Part shown: positions 62,018-64,000 of the stretch, one piece after another
Layout of the letters: each line of letters starts with the position of its first letter
How positions within the stretch are numbered: position 1 is the stretch's first letter
DNA from: Centroscyllium fabricii
Taxonomy: Eukaryota
Assembly: GCA_051313645.2 (NCBI GenBank)
Contig: JBNRSN020000020.1
Coordinates: forward strand, 116,870,001 to 116,934,000
DNA length: 64,000 nt
Direction of reading: 5' to 3'
Notes under the pieces: model-generated
The model's input: the letters and a program-made list of their open reading frames with translations, nothing else
Told to the model about the DNA's origin: nothing
Database searches by the model: none
Position numbers and translations under genes: made by a program

Positions 62018-62150
62018 CAATAGCAAAATGCTGTGGATGCTGGAAATCCAAAATAACACCAGAAAACGCTGGAAAAACTCAGCAGGCCCGGCAGCATCAG
62101 CGGAGAGAGAAACAGAGTCAATGTTTCAGGTCGGAACCCTGCAACAGAAC
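62018..62150. mobile_element. Penelope-like terminal repeat fragment
   Basis: gatgctggaaat...gctggaaaaactcagcagg...gcagcatc pattern recalled from elasmobranch Penelope repeats. Confidence 0.5.
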
Positions 62151-63164
62151 TGAGAGAAAAGGCAGGAAATGAAACAAAGGGCTGTGTGGGGGTTGGGAAA
62201 TGGGGGAGGGAATTCAAGAAGAGACATTGAGAGATATTCAAGGTGAGACGAGATAGAATAGGACCGGTAAAGAATCAAACAGTGAATTGTGAAATGCGCT
62301 GGCAGAGTGAGAGACAGCTGCCATGTGGGAGAGAAAAAAGGAAAATTCACAAACCAAAAGTGAGAATAAAAAATATAAAAATATAATAGAGCTCAGAAGC
62401 AGAAATGGCTTCAACTAAATCCTCGCACCAACACGTGCCGTTAACTGCAGCCCTCAGTCACGCTCAGAGTGCCAGCTCTCTGTCCTGAACTGACAATTCT
62501 TCCCTTCTTTATTTTGCCTAATTTATTGCCCCCTCCTCTCCTGAGGACATTGACTCCCTGCTGGTTGAAGGTTGCAATGAACACACTCTGATTCCTCCAG
62601 CAACGATTGGGAAATTCATGCTAATTTATTTTTTATGTATTTTAAACTCCATACCATTCAGTGTTTCATTCTTTAATGGGCCCAAACATCTCCCTGAATT
62701 AGAAAGATTAGTTGAAGCTCTCTGAAAGGTAATTGCCCTCAGTGTGAACGTTTGGCCTTTTACAGAGAGCTGAGGGTTGGGCAATCAATGGAAATGTTGG
62801 ATTTCCAGTCACCCCAATTCATGGCAGTCCCGGAAACAGAATTCCAACTGCGGTATTGCGTTAAACAGCCCAGATCAGCTGTGCCAGATCCCAAACCACC
62901 CACTTTTTATGATATTGGACAGTTAATGATTGTCATTGTTTTACAGTATTCAAAGAAAGTGCTTTCACGCCAAATGTATCAAACACAGGACTCTGCGCTT
63001 CACCGATACACGTTTGGGATACACAAACTGCTGGAAATAGCTGGGAGAGAAGAGATTGGTTGAAAAGGACCAGCCAAGCACTCATCTGACGACCTCACCC
63101 ATCCAGGATCAGGGAATAGCTACAGGAGCAGGAATGCCGGCCAATTCCCCCATTTCGGGTACTA

Positions 63165-63476
63165 TCTGTGTGGAGTTTGCACATTCTCCCCGTGTCTGCG
63201 TGGGTTTCCTCCGGGTGCTCCGGTTTCCTCCCACAGTCCAAAGATGTGCGGGTTAGGTTGATTGGCCATGATAAATTGACCCTTAGTGTTAGGGGGAGAG
63301 AATATGTTGGGTTACGGGGATAGGGTGGGGTATGTGGCCATGCAGGCTCGATAGGAATATGGGGAGGGGGTGGGGTGCTGGGTTTGGATGATCAGCCATG
63401 ATCTCATTGAATGGCGGGGCAGGCTCGAAGGGCCGAATGGCCGACTCCTACTCCTATCTTCTATGTTTCTATGTTT
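63165..63476 (+). mobile_element. 5'-truncated V-SINE (HE1-like) with a CR1-type tail
   Basis: V-domain followed by ctcctatcttctatgtttctatg. Confidence 0.85.
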
Positions 63477-64000
63477 CCCGAGCAAGGGCCGCAGAGACGG
63501 ATTGCGAGGACAAGGGTCCAGGGACCAAAGACAGGTGCATCCTGGATCTCTCACTGCCTTAACCAAGGGCCAGGGCGCTTGAAGTGATAAATTTAAATCA
63601 ATTTATGTTGGCAGTACAAATGAGTCACTGAAACAGAGAGTTAGACAAGCATGAAGCAGTTATTGCTAAAATTAGTCCTTGTTCATTAGCTCCAAGTGAG
63701 ACAGTGCCGGGACTGAGAGCAGCAACAAGGGGATAAAGTCTTCAAAGTAAAATTTGCTGCCAAATTCATCGAGTTAACACACCCACGTGAATATTCTATG
63801 TTATATATGGAAATGTATTTATACATCTATTGCTCAGTGTGGCAATAAAAAAACTATTCACGGGTCAAAGCTAACGGTTTTTATCAATGTTGTGCAGTGA
63901 GCAGGGAATGGATCACTTCCATTCTGGGCACCCGGTGTCGCCATTTATAAATATTCATTCTCAGGATGTGTGCGTTGCTGGCAAGGCCAGCATTTATTGG

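Overview
Vertebrate genomic DNA, most likely a shark or ray given its HE1/V-SINEs, Deu-SINE, CR1 load and shark-type minisatellites. The window carries most of a minus-strand SLC6A17 (NTT4/B0AT3) neutral amino-acid transporter gene. Nine coding exons are recoverable with GT-AG boundaries (42070 down to the stop at 1108). One expected exon probably lies in the N-gap at 36611-36810, the first coding exon is outside the window, and the exon at 41914-42070 has a 1-nt frameshift. The introns are almost all repeats: many CR1 LINE fragments, an RTE fragment, SINEs, MITE-like elements, several minisatellites and three full-length young Gypsy LTR retrotransposons. Two of these are CsRn1-like with a tRNA-Trp PBS and one is Mag-like. 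The most notable observations are: (i) the Mag-like element has no tRNA PBS but a 13-nt PBS-position sequence perfectly complementary to its own LTR (candidate self-priming or poly(A) occlusion); (ii) a 3-kb, 75-copy minisatellite derived from the CR1 RT motif SGVPQGSVL; (iii) a second tRNA-Trp-complementary box inside the CsRn1-like LTRs; (iv) a 44-bp minisatellite hosting nested recent insertions; (v) SINE 3'-tail swapping. All family assignments come from motif recognition, not database searches.
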